Positions 8,272 through 16,783 of a stretch of DNA of 32,000 nt are shown here, piece after piece. The stretch spans positions 220,881-252,880 of the forward strand of contig CAVPVX010000007.1 in the NCBI GenBank assembly GCA_963709345.1. Direction: 5' to 3'. Origin of the DNA: an uncultured Actinomycetes bacterium (GTDB taxonomy: Bacteria; Actinomycetota; Thermoleophilia; UBA2241). How positions within the stretch are numbered: position 1 is the first letter of the stretch; every line of letters begins with the position of its first letter. The notes beneath the pieces were generated by a model, which was not told the origin of the DNA, searched no databases, and saw nothing but the letters and a program-made list of their open reading frames with translations. Both the position numbers and the translations under genes were made by a program.

Positions 8272-9574
8272 TCAGGGAGCCTTCAGCGTGACGTCGCGCA
8301 CACCCCAGACCGACCAGTTCGGGTAGTTCCCGCGCGCGACGAAGCCGATCACGTTGCGGCTCTTGGCCTTCAACGCGGCCGCCGGGATCGTCACCTCACG
8401 GAACGGGCTCCACTTCTTGACGGCGCCCGCGGGTAGTCTGCCCATGTCCTGCCAGTTCACGACGAGGCGCACCTCGCTCGCCTGGACGTCGTAGAGCCTG
8501 AAGCGAAGGACGCGCTCACCCGCCTGGCCGGAGGTCTGGTAGAAGACCTCCTTCGGGTGCGTGCGGTCGGCGGCGCAGTACCCCAGTCGGGCCGCGTGCG
8601 GCAGATCGAGCGGCAGCGCCTTACGCTGCCGAGGGTTGACGCGAACGTTGCGCAGAGCGGTCCAGTCGGCCTTGTTGGTCGTCGCCCAGTCGTACATGCT
8701 GCCGCCCAGCGCGCCGTTCTCACGCAGGGCACGGACGTACGCCTTGGTCTCGGTGCCCGACGACTTGGCGGCGTCGCCGGCGATCACGTGGATGGGGATG
8801 GACGGCCGGCCGGTCTTCTCGCGGATGATGCGTATGTTGTCGCGCGTGTCGCGGTACGCATTGGCGTAGCCGTCGCCGTGGTACGTGTAGTACCCCATCG
8901 GCACGAAGACGTTGTAGATGCCGGCCAGCGTCTTGTACGGGAAGTTCGGCCAGTAGCCCGTGTGCATGGCCATGCCGGCCGGCGACGGGGTGATGGCTCC
9001 GAGCGTGTAGCTCGAGCCGACGGCCGCACGGATCCTCTTCGACAACGTCTTGAGCCGACTGTTGCGCACCTTCACGCTTCTTGACGATGCTCGCCTCGAT
9101 GTCGAGGGCGAACGAGTCGAACTTCTGCCCGTCGGACGTGCGGAAGCGGATCGCCGCCATGCTGCGCTTGTAGTCTTTGGCGACATCCTTGAAGCCCGGC
9201 AGATACCAGGCCACGACCTTGATGCCACGGGCGTGGCACTGCCGGATGAGCGCCGCGACCGCGTCACGCCGGAAGATCGTGTCGGCGTTCTCGGGCTTGT
9301 GGTAGTTCGCCGTCTCGAGATACAGGGTCCGGACGCCCTGCGCCTGCATGTGCTTGGCCGCGGCGGCCGGGTTGTCCAGCGCCTTGGCGTCGTACATGTC
9401 GACCCAGGTGCCGAGGCCACGGTAGGCGTTGATCGAGACTCCGGCGGCCGCCTGCGGCAGCGCTGCGGCCGCGAGCGCCGCGAGGAGCACGAGCGCCGCG
9501 AGCGAGACTGCGAGGCGGCGGCGTGGAGCCCGGCGCCCGGAGGATCCAAAGGAAGGAAGGACGATCACGTACAC
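8272..9574 (-). pseudogene. Secreted putative glycoside hydrolase (TIM-barrel, DUF4015-like) split by one frameshift near 9075-9082
   Basis: Frame 1 (minus ORF 8720..9760, start GTG ~9574): VYVIVLPSFGSSGRRAPRRRLAVSLAALVLLAALAAAALPQAAAGVSINAYRGLGTWVDMYDA...RTLYLETANYHKP...KVVAWYLPGF...FALDIEASIVK. It continues in another frame (minus ORF 8272..9549): VRNSRLKTLSKRIRAAVGSSYTLGAITPSPAG...FVPMGYYTYHG...YDWATTNKADWTAL. Confidence 0.65.
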
Positions 9575-9691
9575 ACCCCCACGGTGGCTGTCGGTGCGAG
9601 CCCAAGTATACGACGTCGGCGGCCGAGACGCCTGCGGCGGCCGGCCCCGACCGTGGTACTGTGCACCGGACACCGTCGCGAAGGAGGTCCC

Positions 9692-10210
9692 GTGAGCATC
9701 GACTACGTCCTGCAGCAGCTCGGCGCCACCGAGGATATCCGCTACACCGAGCGCCACCACTGGGTCTTCTTCGTCGCCGAGATGATCCGCTGGATCCTGT
9801 TCGCGGTGGTCGTGCTCGCCCTCATCATCATGCTGCGGGTCTGGTGGCTTCCGGACGCCGGCTGGGTGTGGTGGCTGCTGCTGCTCTTCCTCGTGCCGGC
9901 CGGACGCATCGCCTGGGGATTCCTGTCGTGGCGCATGAACGTCTACGTGCTCACCAACCGGCGCGTGATCGAGTCGACGGGAGTGCTGAGCAAGCGCGTC
10001 TCCGACTCGTCACTCGAGAAGCTCACCGACATCGTCCTCAAGCAGTCGATCCTCGGCCGCATGCTGGGCTACGGGGACATCGTCGTCCTCACGGCGGCGG
10101 CCGGCGCAGGCGTCAACCACCTCAAGCAGATCCGTAAGCCCATGGAGTTCAAGACCCAGATGCTCGACGCCAAGGAAGAACTCGAGCGCGAAGTCGGCCG
10201 CAGCGACTGA
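9692..10210 (+). CDS. Bacterial PH-domain (YdbS/bPH2-like) membrane protein
   Basis: GTG start after AAGGAGGTCCC. Two TM helices, then WRMNVYVLTNRRVIESTGVLSKRVSDSSLEKLTDIVLKQSILGRMLGYGDIVV, characteristic of bPH2. Confidence 0.85.
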   Translation: MSIDYVLQQLGATEDIRYTERHHWVFFVAEMIRWILFAVVVLALIIMLRVWWLPDAGWVWWLLLLFLVPAGRIAWGFLSWRMNVYVLTNRRVIESTGVLSKRVSDSSLEKLTDIVLKQSILGRMLGYGDIVVLTAAAGAGVNHLKQIRKPMEFKTQMLDAKEELEREVGRSD

Positions 10211-10378
10211 CGCCGCGGCCGCCGGACGTCTGCTGTCGCGTGCGCGACGAGTTCGGCCGCGCACATCGAGGAGTACGTCGCCGGGCACTGACCGCCGCTG
10301 TCGGCCGGCGCGACGCGGCCCGCGCGGAGCAGGTCCGTCAGCACCGGGGCCGGTCCGCACGACGCACCCTGCCGGGGC

Positions 10379-10798
10379 TCAGGCTCCGAGAAGCCGATCG
10401 AAGGCGAAGAGCGCAGCGGCGACGGCCTCACGATCGATCGTGTAGAAGGTCCACTTGCCGCGCACCTCGGCGCGCATCAGGCCGGCGTCGCGCAACACCT
10501 TCAGGTGATACGACACCTTGGATTGCGCCAAGCCGAACTGCTCCTGGAACTCGCAGACGCAGATGCCCCGAGGCTGCCCGGCTCCCGGAACGCCGCGAGA
10601 CGCGGGGTCGGGCAGCTCGCAGCAGCTTCTCCCCTGTTCAACGACGTCGAGCATCTCGAGCCGGATCGGATCGGAGAGCGCCTTCGCCACGAGGGCCAGC
10701 CGCGCCAGGTCGCGCTGGCCGAATCGCGCGCGGCACGACGACGGAGGGTCGCTCGTCCGCCCGTGTCGCGCGTCCCTGATCCCCGCCTGAGCACTCAT
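10379..10798 (-). CDS. arsR: ArsR/SmtB-family metalloregulator
   Basis: ALSDPIRLEMLDVVEQGRSCCELPD...CVCEFQEQFGLAQSKVSYHLKVLRDAGLMRAEVRGKWTFYTI; divergent from arsM. Confidence 0.9.
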   Translation of the reverse strand: MSAQAGIRDARHGRTSDPPSSCRARFGQRDLARLALVAKALSDPIRLEMLDVVEQGRSCCELPDPASRGVPGAGQPRGICVCEFQEQFGLAQSKVSYHLKVLRDAGLMRAEVRGKWTFYTIDREAVAAALFAFDRLLGA

Positions 10799-10834
10799 GG
10801 CCGCGATCGTACCACAGCTTTTCTTGATTTGGGG

Positions 10835-10862
10835 TTGACCGCAGTCCCTGCCGCCGTATGAT
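10835..10862 (+). promoter_or_regulatory. Candidate sigma70-type promoter of arsM (TTGACC - 16 bp - TATGAT)
   Basis: Read directly: ttgacc (10835-10840), 16 nt, tatgat (10857-10862), 40 bp upstream of the arsM ATG. Copies of TTGATTTG flank it at 10824 and 10877. Confidence 0.6.
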
Positions 10863-10902
10863 AGTAACGAAACAAGTTGATTTGACGAAGCGAGAGGACG
10901 AC

Positions 10903-11754
10903 ATGAGCGAACGACCGGCCGAGGGCCTCAAGGATCAGATCCGCAACCACTACGCGGAGCGCGCCGTCGCGGCTGCGCAGCCACAGCCGTGCGGGTGCGG
11001 CTGCAGCTGCGGCCCCGCCGCCGTCGAGCCGCGGGAGGATATCGCGCGGGGACTCTACGCGATCGACGAGACCAGCGCGCTGCCGGCCGAGGCGGTCCTC
11101 GCCAGCCTCGGCTGTGGCAACCCGACGTCGCTCGCCGACCTGCAGCCCGGCGACGTCGTCCTCGACCTCGGCAGCGGCGGCGGCATCGACGTGTTGCTCT
11201 CGGCCCGGCGCGTCGGCCCCACCGGCAAGGCCTACGGGCTCGACATGACCGACGAGATGCTCGCGTTGGCTCGTGAGAACCGGCGCAAGGCCGGCGTGGA
11301 CAACGTCGAGTTCCTCAGGGGCGACATCGAGAACATCCCGCTCCCCGATGCTTCGGTCGACGTCATCATCAGCAACTGCGTCATCAACCTCTCGCTCGAC
11401 AAAGACCGGGTGTTGGCCGAAGCCTTTCGGGTTCTCAAGCCCGGCGGGCGCTTCGCGGTCAGCGACATCCTCTTCCAGGGCGACGTAGGCAGGATCCCAC
11501 AGAGTCTGCTCGACGATACGGAAGCGTGGGCCGGATGTGTCGCCGGCGCGCTCGAGGAAGAGGACTTCCTGGCGCGCCTCGGCACGGCGGGGTTCGTCGA
11601 CGCCGGCGTCGAGGTCACCGCCATCTACGACGGCTCACCTGACAACAGCGTCTGCGGCGCGCCGGCGCTCCCGGACGGCGTCCGGCTGATCAGCGGCTTC
11701 GTGCGCGCCGTGAAGCCGAGCGCCGGCGGCTGCTGCGGCGGCTGCTGCTGCTGA
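10903..11754 (+). CDS. arsM: Arsenite S-adenosylmethionine methyltransferase
   Basis: Start at MSERPAEG. N-terminal [91 protein letters not shown], Cys-rich C-terminal tail GGCCGGCCC. Confidence 0.96.
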   Translation: MSERPAEGLKDQIRNHYAERAVAAAQPQPCGCGCSCGPAAVEPREDIARGLYAIDETSALPAEAVLASLGCGNPTSLADLQPGDVVLDLGSGGGIDVLLSARRVGPTGKAYGLDMTDEMLALARENRRKAGVDNVEFLRGDIENIPLPDASVDVIISNCVINLSLDKDRVLAEAFRVLKPGGRFAVSDILFQGDVGRIPQSLLDDTEAWAGCVAGALEEEDFLARLGTAGFVDAGVEVTAIYDGSPDNSVCGAPALPDGVRLISGFVRAVKPSAGGCCGGCCC

Positions 11755-11796
11755 AGCGGCGCGCGACACCCGGCCACACGCAATCGGACGTCCACC

Positions 11797-12996
11797 TCAG
11801 AGAACGAGGTTGAACAGCAGGCCGACGAACATGATGCCGACCCCGACGACGCCCAGGAACGTGGCGATGAGCGGCCACTTCAGAACCTTGCGCAGGATGA
11901 TCGTCTCGGGCAGCGAGAGCGCGATGACCGCCATCATGAAGGCCAGGACGGTGCCCAGAGCGGCGCCTTTCTCGAGCAGCGCCTGGACGATCGGGATGAT
12001 GCCCGCGGCGTTGGAGTACATGGGGATGCCGAAAAGGACCGCCGCCGGCACGCTCCACCAGGCGTCGGCTCCCATGATCCCGGCCATGAAGTTCTCAGGC
12101 ACGTAGCCGTGGATGACGGCGCCGACGGCGATGCCGGCGAGCACGTACGGCCACACCTTGCCGACGATGTCCTTCACCGACTGCCATGCGTAGGCAATGC
12201 GCCCCGACCAGTCGAGCTCCTCGCCGTCCTCGGCATCGCCCATGCGGATCTCGCGCACCCAATCCTCAACGTAGCGATCCATCTTGAGCCGGCCGATGAT
12301 CCAGCCCGCAACGATTGCGATGAGCAGGCCCGTGACGAGATACAGGCCGGCCACCTCCCAGCCGAACAGGCCGTAGAGCAGCACCAGCGCGACCTCGTTG
12401 ACCATCGGCGCGGCGATCAGGAATGAGAAGGTGACGCCCAGCGGGATGCCCGCCTCGACGAAGCCGATGAACAACGGCACGGCGGAGCAACTGCAGAACG
12501 GGGTCACCGTACCGAGGCCCGCGGCCATCACGTTCCCCGTGGTCTCCCGACGGCCGTGGAGCAGGGCGCGGGTCCGCTGCGGGCTGAAGAACGTGCGCAC
12601 GATCCCGACGCCGAAGACGACGATGGTCAGCAGCATCAGCACCTTGACGGTGTCGTAGATGAAGAACTCGAGCGAAGACCCGAAGCGACCGTCGCCCAGA
12701 TCGAGGAGGCCCTGCGTGAGCCACGTGGCGATCGGCAGCCAGTAGTGGTACGAGACCGCCCACGCGCCGACGCCGAGCACGACCCTCGTCCACAGCGGGA
12801 GACGCAGCCAGAGACGCACGAGCACCTTGTGCGGCGCGCGGCTGGGCGGCGCGCCGGGAGCCGGGGATGGAGTGGCCTCCGGCTCCGCGACGAAGGCGGC
12901 CGGCGGGGTGCCGCACTCACACATGGGCACGACGCGCTGCGCCTCCGGGTCCTCCTCGGCCGCGGAAGGCACAGCGTCGATCGTCTGCCGGGTCAT
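11797..12996 (-). CDS. arsP: ArsP/DUF318-family permease (putative organoarsenical efflux)
   Basis: Multipass protein with GTVTPFCSCSAVPLFIGFVEAGIPLGVTFSFLIAAPMVNEVA and FGIPMYSNAAGIIPIVQALLEKGAALGTVLAFMMAVIALSLPETIILRKVL. Confidence 0.88.
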   Translation of the reverse strand: MTRQTIDAVPSAAEEDPEAQRVVPMCECGTPPAAFVAEPEATPSPAPGAPPSRAPHKVLVRLWLRLPLWTRVVLGVGAWAVSYHYWLPIATWLTQGLLDLGDGRFGSSLEFFIYDTVKVLMLLTIVVFGVGIVRTFFSPQRTRALLHGRRETTGNVMAAGLGTVTPFCSCSAVPLFIGFVEAGIPLGVTFSFLIAAPMVNEVALVLLYGLFGWEVAGLYLVTGLLIAIVAGWIIGRLKMDRYVEDWVREIRMGDAEDGEELDWSGRIAYAWQSVKDIVGKVWPYVLAGIAVGAVIHGYVPENFMAGIMGADAWWSVPAAVLFGIPMYSNAAGIIPIVQALLEKGAALGTVLAFMMAVIALSLPETIILRKVLKWPLIATFLGVVGVGIMFVGLLFNLVL

Positions 12997-13003
12997 GAGC
13001 GAT

Positions 13004-13753
13004 TCATCCTTCCCGAGCGTCCGCCGGCGCGGCGAAGCTGGTGATCAGTGGTGTCTGCGCAAGCCCGTCCAGGAGACGATCGTAGTCGTAGGGGACGCGC
13101 ACGAACTCGACGAGGCCCTCACCTGCGCCGAGCCCGGCCGGATCGACGATCGCGTAGCACGCCCGCCAGTCGCCATCCTTGGGCCGCCCCCCGCTCCCCA
13201 CGTTCACGAACGTCGTGTCGCCGACTCGCCGCGCGTAGGGCAGGTGCGTGTGTCCGAAGAGGATGGCCGGATACGGGTACTCGCGCGCCATGCGCTCCAT
13301 CGCCGAAGCGGGTCTGTCCTCGAACAGGTACTCGTTGATGCGTCGCGGGCTGCCGTGCACGGCGAGGATGTCACCGCCGGGCGTGACAAGCGTGAAGTGA
13401 TCGTCGAGCGTGCGCAGATATGACTTGACCTCGTCGGACACGGCCGTCTGGGTCCAGGCGAGCGACGCGGCGCCCTCGGCGCGCTGCTCGTCGGTCTTGT
13501 AGACGCAGCCGCAGTCGCCGGTCTCGAAGCCGATGCCTTGGTCGTAGTTGCCCATGAGGCTGGGTATGCCGCGGTCGCGCACGAGCAGAGCGACCTCGTT
13601 CGGCCAGGGCCCGTAGCCGACCAGGTCGCCGAGAGAGAGCGCCAGACCCAGGTGGCGGGCCTCGACGTCCGCCAGGATCGCCTCGAGGCCCGGCAGATTG
13701 CCGTGCACGTCGGCGAACACCGCAAACGGCTCGGCGGTCCGGATGGTCTTCAC
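13004..13753 (-). CDS. Calcineurin-like metallophosphoesterase, likely co-transcribed with arsP
   Basis: AVFADVHGNLPGLEAIL, LGDLVGYGPWPNE, GNYDQG, VHGSP, FGHTHLPY, VNVGSGGRPKDG. GTG start at 13753 preceded by CAGGGAGGAG; stop is 7 nt from the arsP start. Confidence 0.9.
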   Translation of the reverse strand: MKTIRTAEPFAVFADVHGNLPGLEAILADVEARHLGLALSLGDLVGYGPWPNEVALLVRDRGIPSLMGNYDQGIGFETGDCGCVYKTDEQRAEGAASLAWTQTAVSDEVKSYLRTLDDHFTLVTPGGDILAVHGSPRRINEYLFEDRPASAMERMAREYPYPAILFGHTHLPYARRVGDTTFVNVGSGGRPKDGDWRACYAIVDPAGLGAGEGLVEFVRVPYDYDRLLDGLAQTPLITSFAAPADAREG

Positions 13754-13809
13754 GCGGTGGCTCCTCCCTGAGGTTCTGGTCACGGGCGACGGCATGTCAT
13801 ACAATTTAT

Positions 13810-13849
13810 ATCAACGTATCTTGACCATAAACGATTGTCAATGTACGGT
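13810..13849. promoter_or_regulatory. Divergent promoter/operator with an ArsR-type inverted repeat
   Basis: ATCAA-CGTATC-TTGAC (13810-13825) resembles the ArsR/SmtB consensus ATCAA-N6-TTGAT. Plus strand: TTGACC-17-TACGGT (13821-13849). Minus strand: TTGACA-17-TACGTT (13841 down to 13813). Confidence 0.55.
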
Positions 13850-13890
13850 GCGCCACGTCAGCCCACGCCGGCGCCAAGGAGACGACCTCG

Positions 13891-15006
13891 ATGCCCCGGA
13901 GCACTATCAAGCGACTCTCGTTCCTCGACCGGTACCTCACCGGCTGGATCTTCCTCGCCATGGCCGTGGGCGTGTTCCTCGGCTGGGCCTTCACCGGTGT
14001 GCCCGACTTCATCAACCAGTTCAACGTCGGCACGACGAACATCCCCATCGCCATCGGGCTCATCGTGATGATGTATCCGCCACTCGCCAAGGTGAAGTAC
14101 GAGGAGCTCGGCGACGTCTTCCGCGACTACAGGATCCTGGGCCTCTCTCTGGTGCAGAACTGGCTCATCGGCCCGTTCCTGATGTTCTTCCTCGCCATCA
14201 TCTTCCTGAGCGACTACCCCGAGTACATGGTAGGGCTCATCATGATCGGCCTGGCGCGCTGCATCGCCATGGTCATCGTCTGGAACCAGCTCGCCAGGGG
14301 CGACGCCGAGTACGCCGCCGGGCTGGTCGCCTTCAACAGCGTCTTCCAGGTGCTCTTCTACAGCCTCTTCGCCTGGATCTTCGTCACCAAGCTGCCGCCG
14401 CTCTTCGGCCTCGAGGGCGTCGCCGTCGACATCACCATCGGCCAGATCGCCGAGAGCGTCGCCATCTACCTCGGCATCCCGTTCGTCGCCGGGATGATCA
14501 GCCGGTATGTCGGCATCAAGACGAAGGGTCGTGAGTGGTACGAGCAGAAGTTCATCCCGCGCATCAGCCCGCTCACACTCATCGCCCTGCTGTTCACCAT
14601 CCTCGTCATGTTCAGCCTCAAGGGCGACCTCATCGTGGAGCTGCCTCTCGACGTCGTGCGCATCGCCGTGCCGCTGCTCATCTACTTCGTCGTCATGTTC
14701 TTCGTGAGCTTCTTCATGGGCCGCAAGATCGGCGCCGACTACTCCAAGACCGCGACCCTGTCCTTCACCGCCGCCAGCAACAACTTCGAGCTGGCGATCG
14801 CCGTGAGCGTGGCCGTGTTCGGGATCGGCTCGGGCGTCGCCTTCGCCGCGGTCATCGGGCCGCTCGTGGAAGTCCCAGTCCTGATCGGCCTCGTCAACGT
14901 GTCCCTGTGGCTGGGACGCAAGTACTGGGGCGTGACCGACGAACCCGTGCCGGAGGCCGTGGCCGCCGGCGTCGACGAGGTCGCCTGCGACCCCCGGAGG
15001 AGCTGA
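13891..15006 (+). CDS. acr3: ACR3-family arsenite efflux permease
   Basis: [120 protein letters not shown]. Confidence 0.97.
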   Translation: MPRSTIKRLSFLDRYLTGWIFLAMAVGVFLGWAFTGVPDFINQFNVGTTNIPIAIGLIVMMYPPLAKVKYEELGDVFRDYRILGLSLVQNWLIGPFLMFFLAIIFLSDYPEYMVGLIMIGLARCIAMVIVWNQLARGDAEYAAGLVAFNSVFQVLFYSLFAWIFVTKLPPLFGLEGVAVDITIGQIAESVAIYLGIPFVAGMISRYVGIKTKGREWYEQKFIPRISPLTLIALLFTILVMFSLKGDLIVELPLDVVRIAVPLLIYFVVMFFVSFFMGRKIGADYSKTATLSFTAASNNFELAIAVSVAVFGIGSGVAFAAVIGPLVEVPVLIGLVNVSLWLGRKYWGVTDEPVPEAVAAGVDEVACDPRRS

Positions 15007-15007
15007 T

Positions 15008-15394
15008 ATGGACATCGCCAAGGACTCGCCGGACGCCGGGAGCATCACCGCCTTCGTCCCGTTCTTCAAGGCGATCGCCAACCCGACGCGCGCCCAGATC
15101 ATCGAGTTCCTGCTGCGTGGCGAGCGCTGCGTCTGCGAGATGACCGGCCCGCTCGACCTCAGCCAGCCTCTCGTCTCGCACCACCTGGCGCTGCTTCGCG
15201 ACGCCGGGCTGGTGCGCATGCGCAGCGAGGGCGCGCGCACCTACTACTCGCTCGAGTGGGAGACGTTTGACGAGGGTCTCAAGGCCTTTGTCGGCCACGT
15301 CGAACAGCTCCACGCCGCCCCACCGATCCCCAGCAACGCCGATGAGGCGTGCGCAGCCGCCGCGAAGAAGCCGGCGCGCCGCAACGCCTCGTGA
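15008..15394 (+). CDS. arsR: Second ArsR-family regulator
   Basis: AIANPTRAQIIEFLLRGERCVCEMTGPLDLSQPLVSHHLALLRDAGLVRMRSEGARTYYSL; immediately follows acr3. Confidence 0.93.
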   Translation: MDIAKDSPDAGSITAFVPFFKAIANPTRAQIIEFLLRGERCVCEMTGPLDLSQPLVSHHLALLRDAGLVRMRSEGARTYYSLEWETFDEGLKAFVGHVEQLHAAPPIPSNADEACAAAAKKPARRNAS

Positions 15395-15430
15395 CCCGCG
15401 ACGACTGACAGTCGAACGAAGGAGATACCC

Positions 15431-15685
15431 GTGAAGCTCGAGATCCTCGGTTCCGGTTGCGCCAACTGCCAGAAGCTGATGGCGCTGACCGAAGAGGTCG
15501 TGCGCGAGCTCGGCGTCGCCGACGCCGAGCTCGTCAAGGTGGAGGACTTCCCCACCATCATGGCCTACGGCGTGATGGCGACACCCGCTCTGGCCATCGA
15601 CGGCAAGCTCGTCATGAGCGGCAAGGTGCCGTCGAAGGCCGAGGTCACCGGGCTGGTCACCACGGCCCTGGCGGCACAGGGATGA
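15431..15685 (+). CDS. Small thioredoxin-fold protein (redox-active disulfide protein type)
   Basis: MKLEILGSGCANCQKLMALTEEVVRELGVADAELVKVEDFPTIMAYGVMATPALAIDGKLVMSGKVPS; CxxC active site. Confidence 0.92.
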   Translation: MKLEILGSGCANCQKLMALTEEVVRELGVADAELVKVEDFPTIMAYGVMATPALAIDGKLVMSGKVPSKAEVTGLVTTALAAQG

Positions 15686-16059
15686 CGAGAGCGCGGCGCA
15701 CGCGCGGCCGGCGCGCCGGAGTCACGTTCGTTGAGCTCGGCTCGGACAAGTGCATCCCCTGCAGGGAGATGCGCCCCGTCATGGACGCCGTCCAGGCCAC
15801 CTTCGGCGAACAGGTCGAGATCGTCTTCCACGACGTCCGGGAGGATTCCACGCCGGCAGAGGAGTACGGGATCCAGATGATCCCGACCAGGTCTTTCTGG
15901 ACGAGAGCGGCGAAGACCCGGATCGCGCGCTGGGTCCGCCGTGCGTGCGGGACTCTCGCCTTCCTCGCGGGAGTCTATCTCCTGCTTTCAGAGGAGCGCG
16001 AGCCGGCGGCGCTCCCCCCGCCCCCGCTGCCGTTGTCGTCACCGGCGACAACGCTTTAG
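15682..16059 (+). pseudogene. Thioredoxin-family protein damaged by frameshift near 15887
   Basis: GVTFVELGSDKCIPCREMRPVMDAV...IVFHDVREDSTPAEEYGIQMIPT, then the frame changes to RSFWTRAAK. The expected continuation QVFLDESG is present in another frame (ORF 15750..16247). Confidence 0.65.
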
Positions 16060-16087
16060 CTTTCCCTCTCCGCGCCCGATACAGGTT

Positions 16088-16176
16088 GCGGACGCACGAC
16101 CTAGACGAACCACCCAGTCGGGGGTCGCGCGTCCGCGGGCAGAGTAGGTCTGACGGCGGGCAGTCGTCAGCCGACC
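16088..16176 (+). promoter_or_regulatory. Structured leader upstream of the pilin gene (two consecutive hairpins)
   Basis: GCGGACGCACGACC (16088-16101) pairs with GGTCGCGCGTCCGC (16123-16136) with one A-C mismatch. GGTC+TGACG (16147-16155) pairs with CGTCA+GACC (16165-16169, 16173-16176) with a 3-nt bulge. Confidence 0.4.
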
Positions 16177-16189
16177 GGGGAGAGAGCAG

Positions 16190-16783
16190 ATGCGCAGCAG
16201 ACGGGCAGACCAGCACGGTTTCGCGTTCATCGAGCTTCTCGTCGTGATCATCATCATCGGCATCCTCGCAGCCATCGCCATCCCCATGTACATCGGCGAG
16301 CGCGACAAGGCCAAGGAAGTCTCGCTCAAGGCCAGCAGCCACATCGTGGCGGTCGAGGTCGCCACCTGCCACACGAACAGCAGCCTCAGCAACATCTACC
16401 TCGCCAGCGGCGGGTCACCCACCAAGGCAGCGTACATCGCACGAGCGAAGACGAACGTGAGCAACGCGCTTGAGGCCGCGCTCGAGAACGGCGTTCAGAG
16501 CAGCAATGGGGACAGCATCGTCAATCCCTACTCGCACAAGAAGGCGATCCTCAACTCGGCATCCATACCCTCAGCGGCGAACGCCGGGGCCGCGGTATGG
16601 ATCACGGGCCAGAAGAGCACAGGCACATACTGCTACAACAGATTCCCGACCAACAGCACGACGAAGGCCAGGCTGGCGGGCAGCGTCGTCGCCTGCGTGA
16701 ACAGCGGAACCAGCAACATCGAGATCTTCTTCGTCGACAAGAACGGCAGGAAGTCCGCCGCCTGCACCTACATCAGATTCTGA
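16190..16783 (+). CDS. Type IV pilin-like prepilin
   Basis: MRSRRADQHGFAFIELLVVIIIIGILAAIAIPMYIGERDKAKE: prepilin peptidase site G|F, Glu at +5 and hydrophobic N-terminal helix. GGGGAGAGAG upstream. Confidence 0.93.
   Translation: MRSRRADQHGFAFIELLVVIIIIGILAAIAIPMYIGERDKAKEVSLKASSHIVAVEVATCHTNSSLSNIYLASGGSPTKAAYIARAKTNVSNALEAALENGVQSSNGDSIVNPYSHKKAILNSASIPSAANAGAAVWITGQKSTGTYCYNRFPTNSTTKARLAGSVVACVNSGTSNIEIFFVDKNGRKSAACTYIRF

Noticed and set aside
9048-9120. Programmed frameshift in the glycoside-hydrolase-like gene
   Set aside because: The shift area (AAGAAGCGTGAAG) is not a strong slippery site with a downstream structure I could identify, and similar single-base breaks occur elsewhere; assembly error or mutation is more likely.
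13858-15240. 460-aa minus ORF opposite acr3
   Set aside because: Antisense shadow of acr3/arsR with His/Asp/Glu-rich low-complexity translation; the plus strand has clear family matches.
16081-16189. c-di-GMP-I (GEMM) riboswitch upstream of the pilin
   Set aside because: The two hairpins do not show the conserved GEMM core sequences; retained only as an unclassified structured leader.
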